Under the pieces are notes generated by a model. The model did not search any database. It saw only the letters and a list, made by a program, of their open reading frames with translations, and was not told where the DNA came from. Shown piece after piece: positions 1-10,505 of a stretch of DNA of 64,000 bases. Positions within the stretch are counted from its first letter, which is position 1. Each line of letters begins with the position of its first letter. Origin of the DNA: a plasmid. The stretch lies in sequence record NZ_MK262712.1, one strand, 5' to 3'. A program made the position numbers and the translations under genes.

Positions 1-335
1 AGTGTAAAGATACTCAAGCCCACGCGCATCAAATATGCCGTGAGGGGCACCCTCTGATAGTTTTCCACCTGAATATAACTCAACCCATATCCTGAGTCGG
101 TAATCCAGAGTGAATTCACCTATCTCAATCCAGAAATGTGGATATAACTCAAAATACGTTTTGGGGTTTTTAACTACCCCGCACATTCGTTGATGAGAAA
201 TGCCTGCATGATTTAGAGCACTGCTTATCATTAATGTATGACCATCGCACTCAACGGGTGCATTCTCAATAGCCTGTAAGAGATTGTTTAACTTCACAAG
301 ACAATCGGGCATAAGGATATTGGCCATATAAATAC

Positions 336-650
336 CTATTCCGGAATTTCTGAGAGGAATTCATTAAAGAGATTATCATCGTACAGTGGGTATAATTGCT
401 TCATCATACCAAAACCGGACATAGCTGCACTTCGCAAGTCGGGATAAAAAGTAGGCTTAGTGATAAGATCGCATTCATTCTTCAGCACACCTTCGAAGCA
501 GCCGTAATCTTCCCCAAACTCCTGAACTATCATCCAACGGCCATCCTTGCATTCAACTACCATAATAGCAGACTTGGGGTAGTCGCCAGCTGGGGTCAAC
601 CAATCAAAATGGTAGTGGGTGATAGTTTGATAACTCTTATGGACATTCAT
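336..650 (-). CDS. hypothetical protein (104 aa)
   Basis: Intact ORF with no recognised motif. The overlapping plus-strand ORF 396..683 is treated as its shadow. Confidence 0.35.
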   Translation of the reverse strand: MNVHKSYQTITHYHFDWLTPAGDYPKSAIMVVECKDGRWMIVQEFGEDYGCFEGVLKNECDLITKPTFYPDLRSAAMSGFGMMKQLYPLYDDNLFNEFLSEIPE

Positions 651-833
651 AGCATTAACCCTAATGCAAGACTTACAACGTGAGAGGTTAGTGTCTGATA
701 AAGCACTGTATATATATACAGTCTGGATTTAACATAACGTACATTATGCGTACTAAGTTATTGATTTTACACGTTTTGTGGTTTGGTGTGGCTATGGCCA
801 GATATACCAAATGCCAATATGAACACAACAAAC

Positions 834-1127
834 TCAGGCTGACACATACATCATTACAGTGAAAAATGTAATCAATACTAATGTAATGACGTCTAAACAC
901 AGAGAAACCTTACTCTTGCTTATGAGAAGGTTAGCTAAATCCGAGTCCTCATCTTCATACTTACCAGCTCTGGATGATGTCTGTCTACGGTTCATTACCG
1001 CATAAACCTCATAATGACTGACTATACGGCATATCAACACCAGATAAATTAGAACAATTCCAGCAATGATTAGATGTCTGGATCCGTTAAACAAATCCAT
1101 AACTGTCTCAATATGATCGTTTAACAT
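834..1127 (-). CDS. small putative membrane protein (start uncertain)
   Basis: ORF directly downstream of hns with one hydrophobic segment (IIAGIVLIYLVLICRIV). The annotated M at 1187 lies inside the hns terminator T-run, so an internal Met was chosen as the start. Confidence 0.2.
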   Translation of the reverse strand: MLNDHIETVMDLFNGSRHLIIAGIVLIYLVLICRIVSHYEVYAVMNRRQTSSRAGKYEDEDSDLANLLISKSKVSLCLDVITLVLITFFTVMMYVSA

Positions 1128-1186
1128 AGTAATCTCTCTGCGGCCGGACCAACCACGATAATGCATGAAGATGATAAAAAAAACCA

Positions 1187-1211
1187 CCTTGGTAAGGTGG
1201 TTAATAAAATA
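1187..1211 (-). terminator. rho-independent terminator downstream of hns
   Basis: Perfect 7-bp stem CCACCTT/AAGGTGG with a 3-nt loop. On the minus strand it is followed by a T8 run (A8 at 1187-1194 on the plus strand). Confidence 0.6.
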
Positions 1212-1224
1212 AAGAAATTTTGTT

Positions 1225-1623
1225 TTAGATCAGGAAATCTTCGAGAGTTTTTCCTGCATCCAGCTGAGCTTTAATTGGTGCCGGAGTACGTCCCTGACCT
1301 GTCCAGGTTTTTTGCTCACCGGCATCGTCTACGTAAGCATATTTCGCAGGACGTGGTTCACGTTTTTTGCGTACTTTAATGTTGACGGCCGCGTCCATAA
1401 GTTCGCTCGGATTTATACCATCAGCGATCATCATTTCCCGGTAATGAGAGAGTTTTTCTAAACGCTCACGGTTAGCCGCTTCGGCCGCCTTTTCTTCTTC
1501 ACTGCGTTCAGCGACGACAATAGTGAACTTTTCTAATACTTCTTCAAGCACTTCTAATGGTAGCTCTCGTGCCTGAGCGCGAAGTGTACGGATGTTATTG
1601 AGAACCTGTAATGTCTCGCTCAT
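1225..1623 (-). CDS. hns: H-NS family nucleoid-associated protein (plasmid paralog)
   Basis: The translation [20 protein letters not shown]...TWTGQGRTP...LEDFLI matches the H-NS N-terminal oligomerisation region and the C-terminal DNA-binding motif TWTGQGRTP. Start set at the MSETL Met, preceded by AAGAGG. Confidence 0.85.
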   Translation of the reverse strand: MSETLQVLNNIRTLRAQARELPLEVLEEVLEKFTIVVAERSEEEKAAEAANRERLEKLSHYREMMIADGINPSELMDAAVNIKVRKKREPRPAKYAYVDDAGEQKTWTGQGRTPAPIKAQLDAGKTLEDFLI

Positions 1624-2026
1624 AGTTACCTCTTTATGCACATTGTTATGCAATTACATAAGAACATTAAATTAATTAAAGAAATTCAGCAAGTGGTTTA
1701 GGAAGTTCAATTCTCTCAATCGAGAAAAGTCTTAAAAATGAGTCTATCTCATGCTGAATGTATGTTCCTTGGTCTTGATACTGCCCTGTTGGTAAATTCA
1801 CCATCTTGAAAAAAATCATCTCGGGAAAATTTTTATCCGGTTATGATTCTATCGTTGTATGAAGTGAATAAGATGTTGTAATTGTAAAGGTCATCAAGCA
1901 AACAATCAATGCTATTTGAATACATTTTTTGATTGCAAAAGGATACTGCTTAAGAAATTTCAGACTGCATATAAATGTTAAAGGGGTGATTAAAAAAACC
2001 ACCCTGCAATTTAAAAGTTAACTCTG

Positions 2027-2845
2027 TTAAAGAGAAATATCAGAAGGCCATAAAAAATAAAACTCACCTTTTTTATAACGATTGGGTTTACTCTCGCCTC
2101 CGATGGAAATACCTAAAGGCGTTAACTCATATTTTCCGTCTTTCTCTATGAGGTATCCTGAATTCATCAATTCCGCATACATTTCAGATAAACCCATTTT
2201 ATGTTGTTTAGCTAAATTAGTTGAGGTTAGTTTATTTGCGGGTTCTGGGTTTGTATCCCCCTCTTTACTTGTTCTCTCATCTGACTCGGTTGAGATAGGA
2301 TCTGTTAACATACTATGTTTTTCATCATTTTTTTGAGATGTTCTTGTATGTTCACTCTTCTGCTCATGAGTTTTTTGCAACTCAGATCTACCCGATTGTA
2401 ATGATATTGGTGATGGAATATTTTCTGTACTGATCCTGATTAACCGCTGGGCCTCTGTGATAGAAGCGTTGAAAGCGTCACGGTCATCATCCTTTACAAT
2501 TAACACCCCAAGTTCATGATTGTTGATTTGACTAAAATCATATAGATTTAGGCTGCATATCAGGCTTTGATTTTCATTAGCATAAAACTTAGCATGAAGG
2601 TTCTGGCAAAAACTCAAACGAACATAAGGTAAACTGACAAGCCATTCATGGTCTTTAGGGTTAAGTTCAGATTTACCGTAGATGATACGAATATCAACCT
2701 TCATACGGTTTTTGTCTTCAATGAGCTCCTTAATTCTTGCGCTAAGTTTCAGATAAGGGCTTATCAAAATAATGCGCTCTTCGGCATTAGCGATGGTTTG
2801 CTCTACATGATAGTTTAAACCTGTTGTATTAAGAATCTGAACCAT
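2027..2845 (-). CDS. PLD-like (HKD-type) nuclease domain protein with acidic linker and a C-terminal domain of unknown function
   Basis: HxK signature LHAKFYANENQSL in an N-terminal domain of about 130 aa. The C-terminal 60 aa (GYLIEKDGKYELTPLGISIGG) is unassigned. Confidence 0.5.
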   Translation of the reverse strand: MVQILNTTGLNYHVEQTIANAEERIILISPYLKLSARIKELIEDKNRMKVDIRIIYGKSELNPKDHEWLVSLPYVRLSFCQNLHAKFYANENQSLICSLNLYDFSQINNHELGVLIVKDDDRDAFNASITEAQRLIRISTENIPSPISLQSGRSELQKTHEQKSEHTRTSQKNDEKHSMLTDPISTESDERTSKEGDTNPEPANKLTSTNLAKQHKMGLSEMYAELMNSGYLIEKDGKYELTPLGISIGGESKPNRYKKGEFYFLWPSDISL

Positions 2846-2955
2846 AAATCCCCCATTTTTTACAGTGTTGTTTATAAATAATAGCGCACGTTAAAAAGTT
2901 ACTTTTTAGGAGTAGGAATGCTCGATATTGTGAAAGTGGAAGTGTGATTCCTTAC

Positions 2956-3450
2956 TTAATTATTCGCTTTTCGCCATTGACGTGGTTCTATAGCGTGCGG
3001 ATCAGACCACAGACCTTTCCCTTCATTTCGAGCGTTTTGTTCAAGAGGCCCATATTCAGGAACAATCAACCTCCCCTGATACCGATATGCCCAGGCCATA
3101 CCGTTTGCGACCATGATGGCGTTAACATCGTTGTTGTTAAGATAGATTGTGCCAAGCATACGACCATAGACGTCCTGCCCATGGTCCTGAATACTAACAA
3201 CCTGATTTGCTACTAACTGAATCATTGCTTGCTTTGCTTTCTGTCCGAAGGCTTGCTTACTTTCAGGAGCATCAATCCCATAGAGCCGTATTCTTGTATT
3301 TGTTGCACCGTCATAAGCCTGGACTGTATCACCATCAATAACTCGCACTACTTTCGCCGAGAAAGTTTTGGCAATAGAAGTTAATGGGGAATATAAAAGG
3401 ATAACAGCCAGTGGAAAAATGGCTAATCTAGTTGACCGGATGTTTATCAT
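2956..3450 (-). CDS. secreted thermonuclease (SNase-like) family nuclease
   Basis: Signal-peptide-like N-terminus MINIRSTRLAIFPLAVILLYSPL. SNase motifs VIDGDT...RLYGIDAPE are present. Start set at the internal Met at 3450. Confidence 0.6.
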   Translation of the reverse strand: MINIRSTRLAIFPLAVILLYSPLTSIAKTFSAKVVRVIDGDTVQAYDGATNTRIRLYGIDAPESKQAFGQKAKQAMIQLVANQVVSIQDHGQDVYGRMLGTIYLNNNDVNAIMVANGMAWAYRYQGRLIVPEYGPLEQNARNEGKGLWSDPHAIEPRQWRKANN

Positions 3451-3632
3451 TGGTTGTCTCTGGATGATAATCATTAAATGTGATTTGAGGGGGAAATCAC
3501 AACGATTTTGAAAAGTTACTTTCAAAGTATAGGTTACTTTATTAACAACATGCTATTGTGTCAATGTATATGAAAATTATTACCTGAGGTGAATGAAAAC
3601 GCATCTCGGCTCAGATCAATTAAGGGGGGCTT

Positions 3633-4904
3633 ATGTCTACTGTTAATGATGTGATTGTATCTTATGGGGGTGACAGTAAAAGGTATTCAAGAGACTTCCA
3701 GACAAAAGAAGAATTTAAAAAGAGTTGGTACGCCGTTTTGTCCCGGGCGCATGCTTCGGTAGAAGCGAAGGTAAGCTGTGCCTGTAAAGGAAAAGGACAA
3801 AAATCACTTGCCGTAAAATATCACTCAGGCGGTGATACTTATTTCCTGGCGCGGTACCCGAATACAGGTAGTCAACATTCACCTGACTGTATTTTCTTTA
3901 CACTTGATAAAGACAATTCAGGTCTAAAATGCTATACACAAGGTGTCGTCAAAGACCTTAAAGATGGAGGCTACGGAATTAGGTTAGACGTGGCATTAGC
4001 CTCATCTGACTCGGAGTCGACCTCGATCGTACCGATAGATAACAGGAATAAATCAGGTGGTGTTTCTCAGAATAGCATGTCATTGCTGGGTCTTCTCCAG
4101 TTCCTGTGGGATGACAGCGGTCTGAATCGTTGGTATCCGAAAATGGCCGGGAAACGTAATCCTGGCAAGGTGTTCAACCTTATAACCCACTCTGCGGAAA
4201 AAATTAAAGTCGCATCACATCCGCTGTCCATGCATTTACTTGCAGGTGCATATCCTTCGACACCTCAAGAGACAAAAAACATAAAAATGACATCAGAGGC
4301 GCTGATGAATAAAGAGCGTCTGATTTGCCTCAATGTACTATCTAAATATAACCCTGAAAGACACTCGAATGCATCAAAACGACTTCCGATAAAGTTTTTT
4401 TCAGGTGTTCCAGTTGTGCTGATGAATACTGAGAATTGGGCATCACTGGAGAAGAGATTCAGCTCTGAAATAGCAAACTGGCGTTCAGGAGGTAACGTAA
4501 TCTGTATGGCTATAGGTGATCTGGGTAAATTTAAGGGGAAAGATACATACTATCTTAAACCACTTCAGATAGCATTGATGAATGTTGATGAAAACTGGAT
4601 CCCGGCAGACTCGAGTTATGAGCTGACCATGCTAAATTATCTTCATAAGCATGAGCGGTCATTTATCAAACCCCTGAGATACGATGCTTCTAATAATGAT
4701 GTTTTCCCAGATTTTTGTCTGACGGATATTGGGGGGCATGAACTATTTCCTATTGAGGTATTTGGTATGGATACTGCTTCATATTTGGCGCGTAAGGCGA
4801 TCAAAGAAAGTTACTATAATGAACGATATGGAAAGGATGGTTGGGCATCATGGGTTGCCCCGGCTGGCCCCCTACCCCATTTGCCCGATAAGGGCTGCAG
4901 TTAA
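3633..4904 (+). CDS. hypothetical protein (423 aa)
   Basis: Long intact ORF in the AT-rich island. Cys-containing N-terminal segment (CACKGKGQ...HSPDC). No confident domain call. Confidence 0.45.
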   Translation: MSTVNDVIVSYGGDSKRYSRDFQTKEEFKKSWYAVLSRAHASVEAKVSCACKGKGQKSLAVKYHSGGDTYFLARYPNTGSQHSPDCIFFTLDKDNSGLKCYTQGVVKDLKDGGYGIRLDVALASSDSESTSIVPIDNRNKSGGVSQNSMSLLGLLQFLWDDSGLNRWYPKMAGKRNPGKVFNLITHSAEKIKVASHPLSMHLLAGAYPSTPQETKNIKMTSEALMNKERLICLNVLSKYNPERHSNASKRLPIKFFSGVPVVLMNTENWASLEKRFSSEIANWRSGGNVICMAIGDLGKFKGKDTYYLKPLQIALMNVDENWIPADSSYELTMLNYLHKHERSFIKPLRYDASNNDVFPDFCLTDIGGHELFPIEVFGMDTASYLARKAIKESYYNERYGKDGWASWVAPAGPLPHLPDKGCS

Positions 4905-5896
4905 CGCCAAAATGCTTCAGTAAGGGCTTCGGCCCTATTATAACTATCAGCACTTTTCTGGCATAAAAGGCTTCAGCCCTGTTGTACTTCATCCTGCGAT
5001 TTCAATTTTGATCAATTAACCGGCCAGAAATCATACGAAATTTTCTTTTCGTCGCCGTGCGCTACGTGAAATCTGACGTACTCACCCCTCCGTTTTTCTT
5101 CAGATTTCGCGTAGCGCAACCTGAACAAAAACCACTAGAAAAGTAACTTTTGGACTGATTTAGAAGCTGGTTACCCCCACCTCGGGTGATAACATTAATC
5201 TAACACATGGAATAAAGGGTATTATTCTAACTGTAAATAGGATGTTGCATACCTCTTGAAGCGATGGAAAAATGAGCACACTTCTGGTTATTCCTGAATT
5301 CATGCTTTTTGTTGGTTTTTATATCGACATATTGAAACCTTGTTTTATTTAAAAGGCATCAATTTTATAATCAATTTCTGTTATTTTATCGCTATTGACA
5401 TTTACCATTGTGACTATATCCAATGATATTAAATCACTTACATCTAAAAGTGACGGTGTCACGTATTGTGCGCCCAGAGAGACCCTTTTCGTGAAAAAAG
5501 TAGTTCACTCCCATAACGAAATGTGGGCTTCTTTATTGCAGATCGTATGTGGATGTCTTCAGGTAGCAGGAAGGAAAGTGATGCAGGCATGAAAGGATGA
5601 CAAACCGGCAAAGGGGCTGCTACTGCTCCGTATTCAACAAACCACCCCTGGTTAGTTGAATCCTTTGCCGGTTTTACTGACAATACCAGACAGGTAAACT
5701 TTTTCCATCAGATTTTCTCGTCAACATGTTGCATTCATAGTTTTTCCATAATTGGATGCTTTTGCAGGACAACTACGGTTTTTATCCTTTCGTGTCCGGT
5801 AAAAAAAATTGTTAAATAGCGATTTCACCCTTTTAAAGGAAAAATTGTCCTCAGGCTCACAGTACTATAAAAGTATCAATAATCAGGAGCCTTACT

Positions 5897-6499
5897 ATGA
5901 CTATCATGAAAGTTCATTATTCACCAACTGACGGGATCCCTTTGCACTCCCTTTATCTGAAGGAAACTTCAACTACTGAACGATCAGGTTCAGTACTGGG
6001 GGGCGGCATTTCGGGAGACTCTGTTATTCTGGGAGGCGGAGGTTATGCCGGTTCGGAAATGCAGAAGACGACTCGTTCTACTGTCTTTGCACCACCTGAT
6101 GAAGTTACTGCTGAGCCTGACAACACAAAAATGGTCCTCCGGATTTCCTGTGTTATCGGTGTAATGTTTTTACTTATAATTATTACCTTATTCAGTAATG
6201 CTGTTGTTGATATTTTTGACGTAAACGTATCTAAAACAATGTCTTCTTTCCTGGAACATGCTCCCTTCTTTATCATTGGACTATCTGTCATTTGTGCTTT
6301 CTTTGTTATAGGAATGACCGATCATGATTACACCCCGGTACTTGAAGAGCATAAAAGGAATGAAGCGCGTTTGTCTGTATACCACAGGCTACGCTATGTC
6401 GAAGCTGATAATATTGTTTTTGATCCGCAATCAATGAAAGGATGTTATGCAGAAAGAAAATTCATTGCTTCACTAGTTGAAAGCTGTATCACTAAGTAA
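5897..6499 (+). CDS. hypothetical membrane protein (Gly-rich N-terminus, two predicted TM segments)
   Basis: GGGISGDSVILGGGGYAGS segment followed by two hydrophobic helices. Confidence 0.4.
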   Translation: MTIMKVHYSPTDGIPLHSLYLKETSTTERSGSVLGGGISGDSVILGGGGYAGSEMQKTTRSTVFAPPDEVTAEPDNTKMVLRISCVIGVMFLLIIITLFSNAVVDIFDVNVSKTMSSFLEHAPFFIIGLSVICAFFVIGMTDHDYTPVLEEHKRNEARLSVYHRLRYVEADNIVFDPQSMKGCYAERKFIASLVESCITK

Positions 6500-6758
6500 T
6501 ATCCCTGATTTCCTTTACTAAGCCTTTCATGTAAGGCTTAGTAATTGCTTTAACCCTCCCTTTGCTCACTGTTTTTATATGCTTCCGGTTTATGGGTGTG
6601 CTAAAAGTTGCTTTCTCATGTTTGAAGTTGACTCCGAAAAATATTAAATGTTTTTGAATATTATTCATAAGCACTATTATATAAATAGGTACTAGCAAGT
6701 GAAATAATTACTGATAATATGTCTTTATGTGCTTCCTATTCTCTAAGGATGGTAATTA

Positions 6759-7490
6759 ATGATATCTTCCACGCTTGTCCCGATTAACCCTTTCCAGCGA
6801 TGTGCAATGGCTTCTATTGCTTCTGTGGAGAATCGCAGAGCTTTGGGACGGAAAACAGGAGAACTGGCCTACGTCAAAGCCTTTTTTAAAGAACTTACAG
6901 GTAAATCGCAAATTAGCTCGAATGACTTGAGAAAGGTTGATTCGAGTTACGATCCATTTGTTCGTGGCGAAGCAACTAAAGTTGAATACCTGCGTGCTAT
7001 CGATATTCTGATTGAATCTCGTGGAGAGTGTTTTATTCTCCCTCTTTCCTGGTCTCTGGCAGTTTCCATGTTCCCGGAGTTACAGAACAGGGTTTTTCAG
7101 CGCCGCGAACACCGTGACCGGATTCATGATCAAAGGGCGGAGCGCCTGACAAAGAAAGAATCTAACCTATTGAAATATCAACTTGAAATTAACGTTGCAA
7201 AATCCAGGCTTTACTTGTCTTTCTGTGTTCCAGGTCAACATAAACGCTGGTTAGAAGAGTGGCGAAACGATACCCATGGACAAGGACTTACAACTAATCA
7301 TATTTACCTGCTGATTAAGGAATGGTGGTCATCATTCTGGATAACTTCATACAGAAAGGACTATATTTGGTGTTACACACTGGCTGAATTGCTGGACGAG
7401 ATTGATTATGTTCTTAGCACTATTACAATTATGGAGTTTAACGTCTGTTTTTCAGCGCTACCATTATCTCTTATATATAAAACTGGATAG
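6759..7490 (+). CDS. hypothetical protein (243 aa)
   Basis: Intact ORF co-oriented with its neighbours. No recognised motif. Confidence 0.4.
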   Translation: MISSTLVPINPFQRCAMASIASVENRRALGRKTGELAYVKAFFKELTGKSQISSNDLRKVDSSYDPFVRGEATKVEYLRAIDILIESRGECFILPLSWSLAVSMFPELQNRVFQRREHRDRIHDQRAERLTKKESNLLKYQLEINVAKSRLYLSFCVPGQHKRWLEEWRNDTHGQGLTTNHIYLLIKEWWSSFWITSYRKDYIWCYTLAELLDEIDYVLSTITIMEFNVCFSALPLSLIYKTG

Positions 7491-7723
7491 AATACAAAGC
7501 TTCAATCAGAAAAACTAAATTTTGCAAGCCCAATATTTCTCACTGTTTTCAAGGGTTTTTTTGTACCATTTAAGGGGGTGGTTATTATTATCCAGAATTT
7601 ATGAATCTGACCTTAATTATTATTGCTTCCGGTGGAAATACCCCCTTGATGAGCCGGTTTGGTTTAGTATGATGGTCTTATTCATAATCGATCGTAATCT
7701 TCTAAACAGATATGAGGTTTATC

Positions 7724-8482
7724 ATGGCTGACTATTATTCAGAATGTGCTTGCCTTATCGAAGCAAATCCTACTCAAGCTGATATATTACTTGAGGCAAT
7801 GAATGAATTGTTTGAACCGGATGATAGTTTTATTCAAAAACTAATTTCATGTGATAACACAAACGGCCTGTCAGAAATGGAGATTATTGTACGTCACTGT
7901 GTCCTGAACCATCCATTCAGAAATGTTGCAGATATTCCTGAAGACCTGGACTGGCATTTTGATGGGGAAAAATGCCCAGAAGGTTTTCTTATTAACAGTG
8001 ATCTCGGTGATTTCAATTCTGAACATGGTGCGCTGTTTGCTCAGGCGGCACTTATTGCATTTGACAGGAACGAATTGATAGAGTTCAAAATTGCTTTTAC
8101 ATGCAGTAACTTAAAAAGGCCTGACGGGTTTGGAGGCGCTGCCTGTGTCGTGAGCAAGGATTTCATCCGGTGGACAGGTCTACACAATTTTCTGGAGGCT
8201 GAACGAACCGCTTTCGCCGAGAAGATGAATTACTTCTTTTGTGAATTTACAGAGGTCGTCGGTGAGCTTGAATATCCAGTATCGTTTATATTGCGTTGCC
8301 CGAACAGCGTTAATGCAGCGCATAGGTATGATGAGATTCAGCTTAACTATCGCGATGGTGGGGAAAAAGATGCCGAAGGAGGGATACAATTTAGTTCTGG
8401 CTCTGCCATCAAAAAATCCAGTATGAAACCAATCACTCCTGATGAGTTCCGGGTGATGAAATCGTACCTGAACGTCATGTGA
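7724..8482 (+). CDS. hypothetical protein (252 aa)
   Basis: Intact ORF. Start set at the MADYY Met, which is preceded by GAGG. Confidence 0.4.
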   Translation: MADYYSECACLIEANPTQADILLEAMNELFEPDDSFIQKLISCDNTNGLSEMEIIVRHCVLNHPFRNVADIPEDLDWHFDGEKCPEGFLINSDLGDFNSEHGALFAQAALIAFDRNELIEFKIAFTCSNLKRPDGFGGAACVVSKDFIRWTGLHNFLEAERTAFAEKMNYFFCEFTEVVGELEYPVSFILRCPNSVNAAHRYDEIQLNYRDGGEKDAEGGIQFSSGSAIKKSSMKPITPDEFRVMKSYLNVM

Positions 8483-8547
8483 TTTTCTTTGGTCCGGGCA
8501 TTCTCCCTCCACTCTTCTGTACTGATCTGTCTATTTTGTGAGGCATT

Positions 8548-8937
8548 ATGACAAAGCAAATATTACCCAATGAACTGGCTGAAATCGTAACCGGTCTTCT
8601 TATTAAACCTGAACTGCTGGGTGAACTTGACTCCCGTGAGGCGCACCAGGCCTTCATGCTGGATATAGGGCGGGTAATTGCTGATCACTGTGGTGGACGG
8701 GTCAACGGCATTACGGATGGCGATGTCGCAAAGCCCTATCTTTCAGACATAGAGTGTACCCCCACACTCCACATTGAACCCGATGATCGTCTGCCTTCGA
8801 CTGAACGTAACGTATGGTCAAATTATCATGTTGAAGCCTGGGCAGACGAGGGACAGGAAACTATCCTCGACAGGGCGATCCGAAACTCTGACAGAGCTGC
8901 CCTGCAATCTCTGCTTATTGTGGCCGCACAAAAATAA
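8548..8937 (+). CDS. hypothetical protein (129 aa)
   Basis: Intact ORF with no motif. Confidence 0.35.
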   Translation: MTKQILPNELAEIVTGLLIKPELLGELDSREAHQAFMLDIGRVIADHCGGRVNGITDGDVAKPYLSDIECTPTLHIEPDDRLPSTERNVWSNYHVEAWADEGQETILDRAIRNSDRAALQSLLIVAAQK

Positions 8938-8964
8938 TCTGTCGGTGCTCCTGTTATTAAACGA

Positions 8965-9294
8965 ATGACGGACTGGCGTATCCCTGAAGGTGAACCGGTT
9001 TGCCATGAAGCGGATAGCAGAATTTATACGGCCACCTACCATCTGGATAACCAGACCTCAATCGAGGTGGCGGACGATACAGGTCAGCTTTGCTTAGGTG
9101 TATTACCGGAAATCAATCATGGCGTGCCTGCACTACATCTGAATGTGTCGGGTGGGGATAAGCTTCTCCACGTACATGCTGCACAAGGTGGACTTGTCCT
9201 GACACCAGACAGTTCCGGGGTACGGTTTCAGGGTGCTGAATGTGACAGGTATGCTTACAGAGATCAGAACTCATTACTTGTGAAGGAACAGTAA
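8965..9294 (+). CDS. hypothetical protein (109 aa)
   Basis: Intact ORF with no motif. Confidence 0.3.
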   Translation: MTDWRIPEGEPVCHEADSRIYTATYHLDNQTSIEVADDTGQLCLGVLPEINHGVPALHLNVSGGDKLLHVHAAQGGLVLTPDSSGVRFQGAECDRYAYRDQNSLLVKEQ

Positions 9295-9521
9295 TATACT
9301 GCCCTCCGCCGATCCAGAGTATGGGGTTACCGCATCAGATTTTACTGAGCACACAATCACGAAAAAGTTACTTTTTTCTCAGGAGGTGCCTGGACCCCTG
9401 CCCTTCATTTTGACGCGAGCAGGATGTTAGCACCTCACGTGCAGTTACTGTTATTCGCGTCCTGGTGGTATAGTGCAGCGGCTGGCAGAAGTAACCTACT
9501 ATCCAACGGAATAAGATCACG

Positions 9522-10169
9522 ATGAACGTCATTCAGCCCCGCATGCTTTCTGTATTTGATTTTGACGGTACGTTAACGCGGCATGATAGCTTTATCCCTT
9601 TTCTGCGGTTTGCCTTTGGCAATCGGGCGTTTTCGCGACGTATCGTCAGCATGGCTCTACCCACGTTACGCTGTATGGGTAAGCAGATGACGCGTGATGA
9701 GCTAAAAGAAACGCTCATTACAACTTTTCTTACTGGTGTTGAGGAAAAGTGGGTGTCTTCTAAAGCAGAGGAATTCTGTCAGCTCTACTGGCATCGCCTC
9801 ATGCGCCCGGCAGGTTTGATTGCTGTGGCGAATGAAGTCACTTCCGGCGCGATCGTCACCTTATGTTCTGCGTCGCCGGAAATTGTACTCAGACCCTTTG
9901 CCGAAAAACTTAGGATCAAACTGATTGGTACACAATTAGAGACAAAAGACGGCATTCTGACTGGCAGAATCAGTGGCCATAATTGCAGGTGCTCACAGAA
10001 AATTATCCGGCTTGAAAAAGAATATGGACCTCTGACTGACTATCATCTTCGGGCATGGGGTGATACGCGGGGTGATTATGAACTCCTTTCCGCAGCGACT
10101 GAGCCTCACTGGCGTCACTTCCATCAAGGTTTCCGTCGTAAACTTCCGTCGAAGCTAATCATCAGATAA
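9522..10169 (+). CDS. HAD-superfamily (HAD-IB/PSP-like) hydrolase
   Basis: HAD motif I FDFDGTLT near the N-terminus. Size and layout fit HAD phosphatases. The gene is convergent with terF. Confidence 0.65.
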   Translation: MNVIQPRMLSVFDFDGTLTRHDSFIPFLRFAFGNRAFSRRIVSMALPTLRCMGKQMTRDELKETLITTFLTGVEEKWVSSKAEEFCQLYWHRLMRPAGLIAVANEVTSGAIVTLCSASPEIVLRPFAEKLRIKLIGTQLETKDGILTGRISGHNCRCSQKIIRLEKEYGPLTDYHLRAWGDTRGDYELLSAATEPHWRHFHQGFRRKLPSKLIIR

Positions 10170-10505
10170 AAATTGCCCTTTATCGTTCTGTAATTTCTTC
10201 TTTACATAAAGGCAACATATATTCTACATTTAACCACTGTAACTGGTCAAAAAAAGAGTGCATCCTGGTAAATCGGTAGCTCGGACTATTAGGTATGCTT
10301 CAACCTGTTACCATTGGAATACCTACTTTCAGCCCGCTTTTCCGAGCGGGTTTTTTTCATCCCTGCCGATGTGTTCCTGGGTATAAATTACTGGGTGAAG
10401 TTGGGTTTCAGCGATCACATCTGCATATAGCCCTGTTTAGCTCTGCGTACTTTGAAAAGATGTCGTCATGGCAGCAGGCCTATCGCCCCTTACCGGGGCG
10501 ATGGG

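Noticed and set aside
396-683. 95-aa plus-strand ORF overlapping 336..650 (-)
   Set aside because: It overlaps the opposite-strand ORF almost completely, and neither has support. The minus-strand ORF was kept only at low confidence.
10329-10360. Hairpin GCCCGCT-tttccg-AGCGGGC followed by T7 on the plus strand
   Set aside because: It is a plausible terminator, but it sits 160 bp past the HAD gene stop and is on the wrong strand for terF. It is noted, but its assignment is ambiguous.
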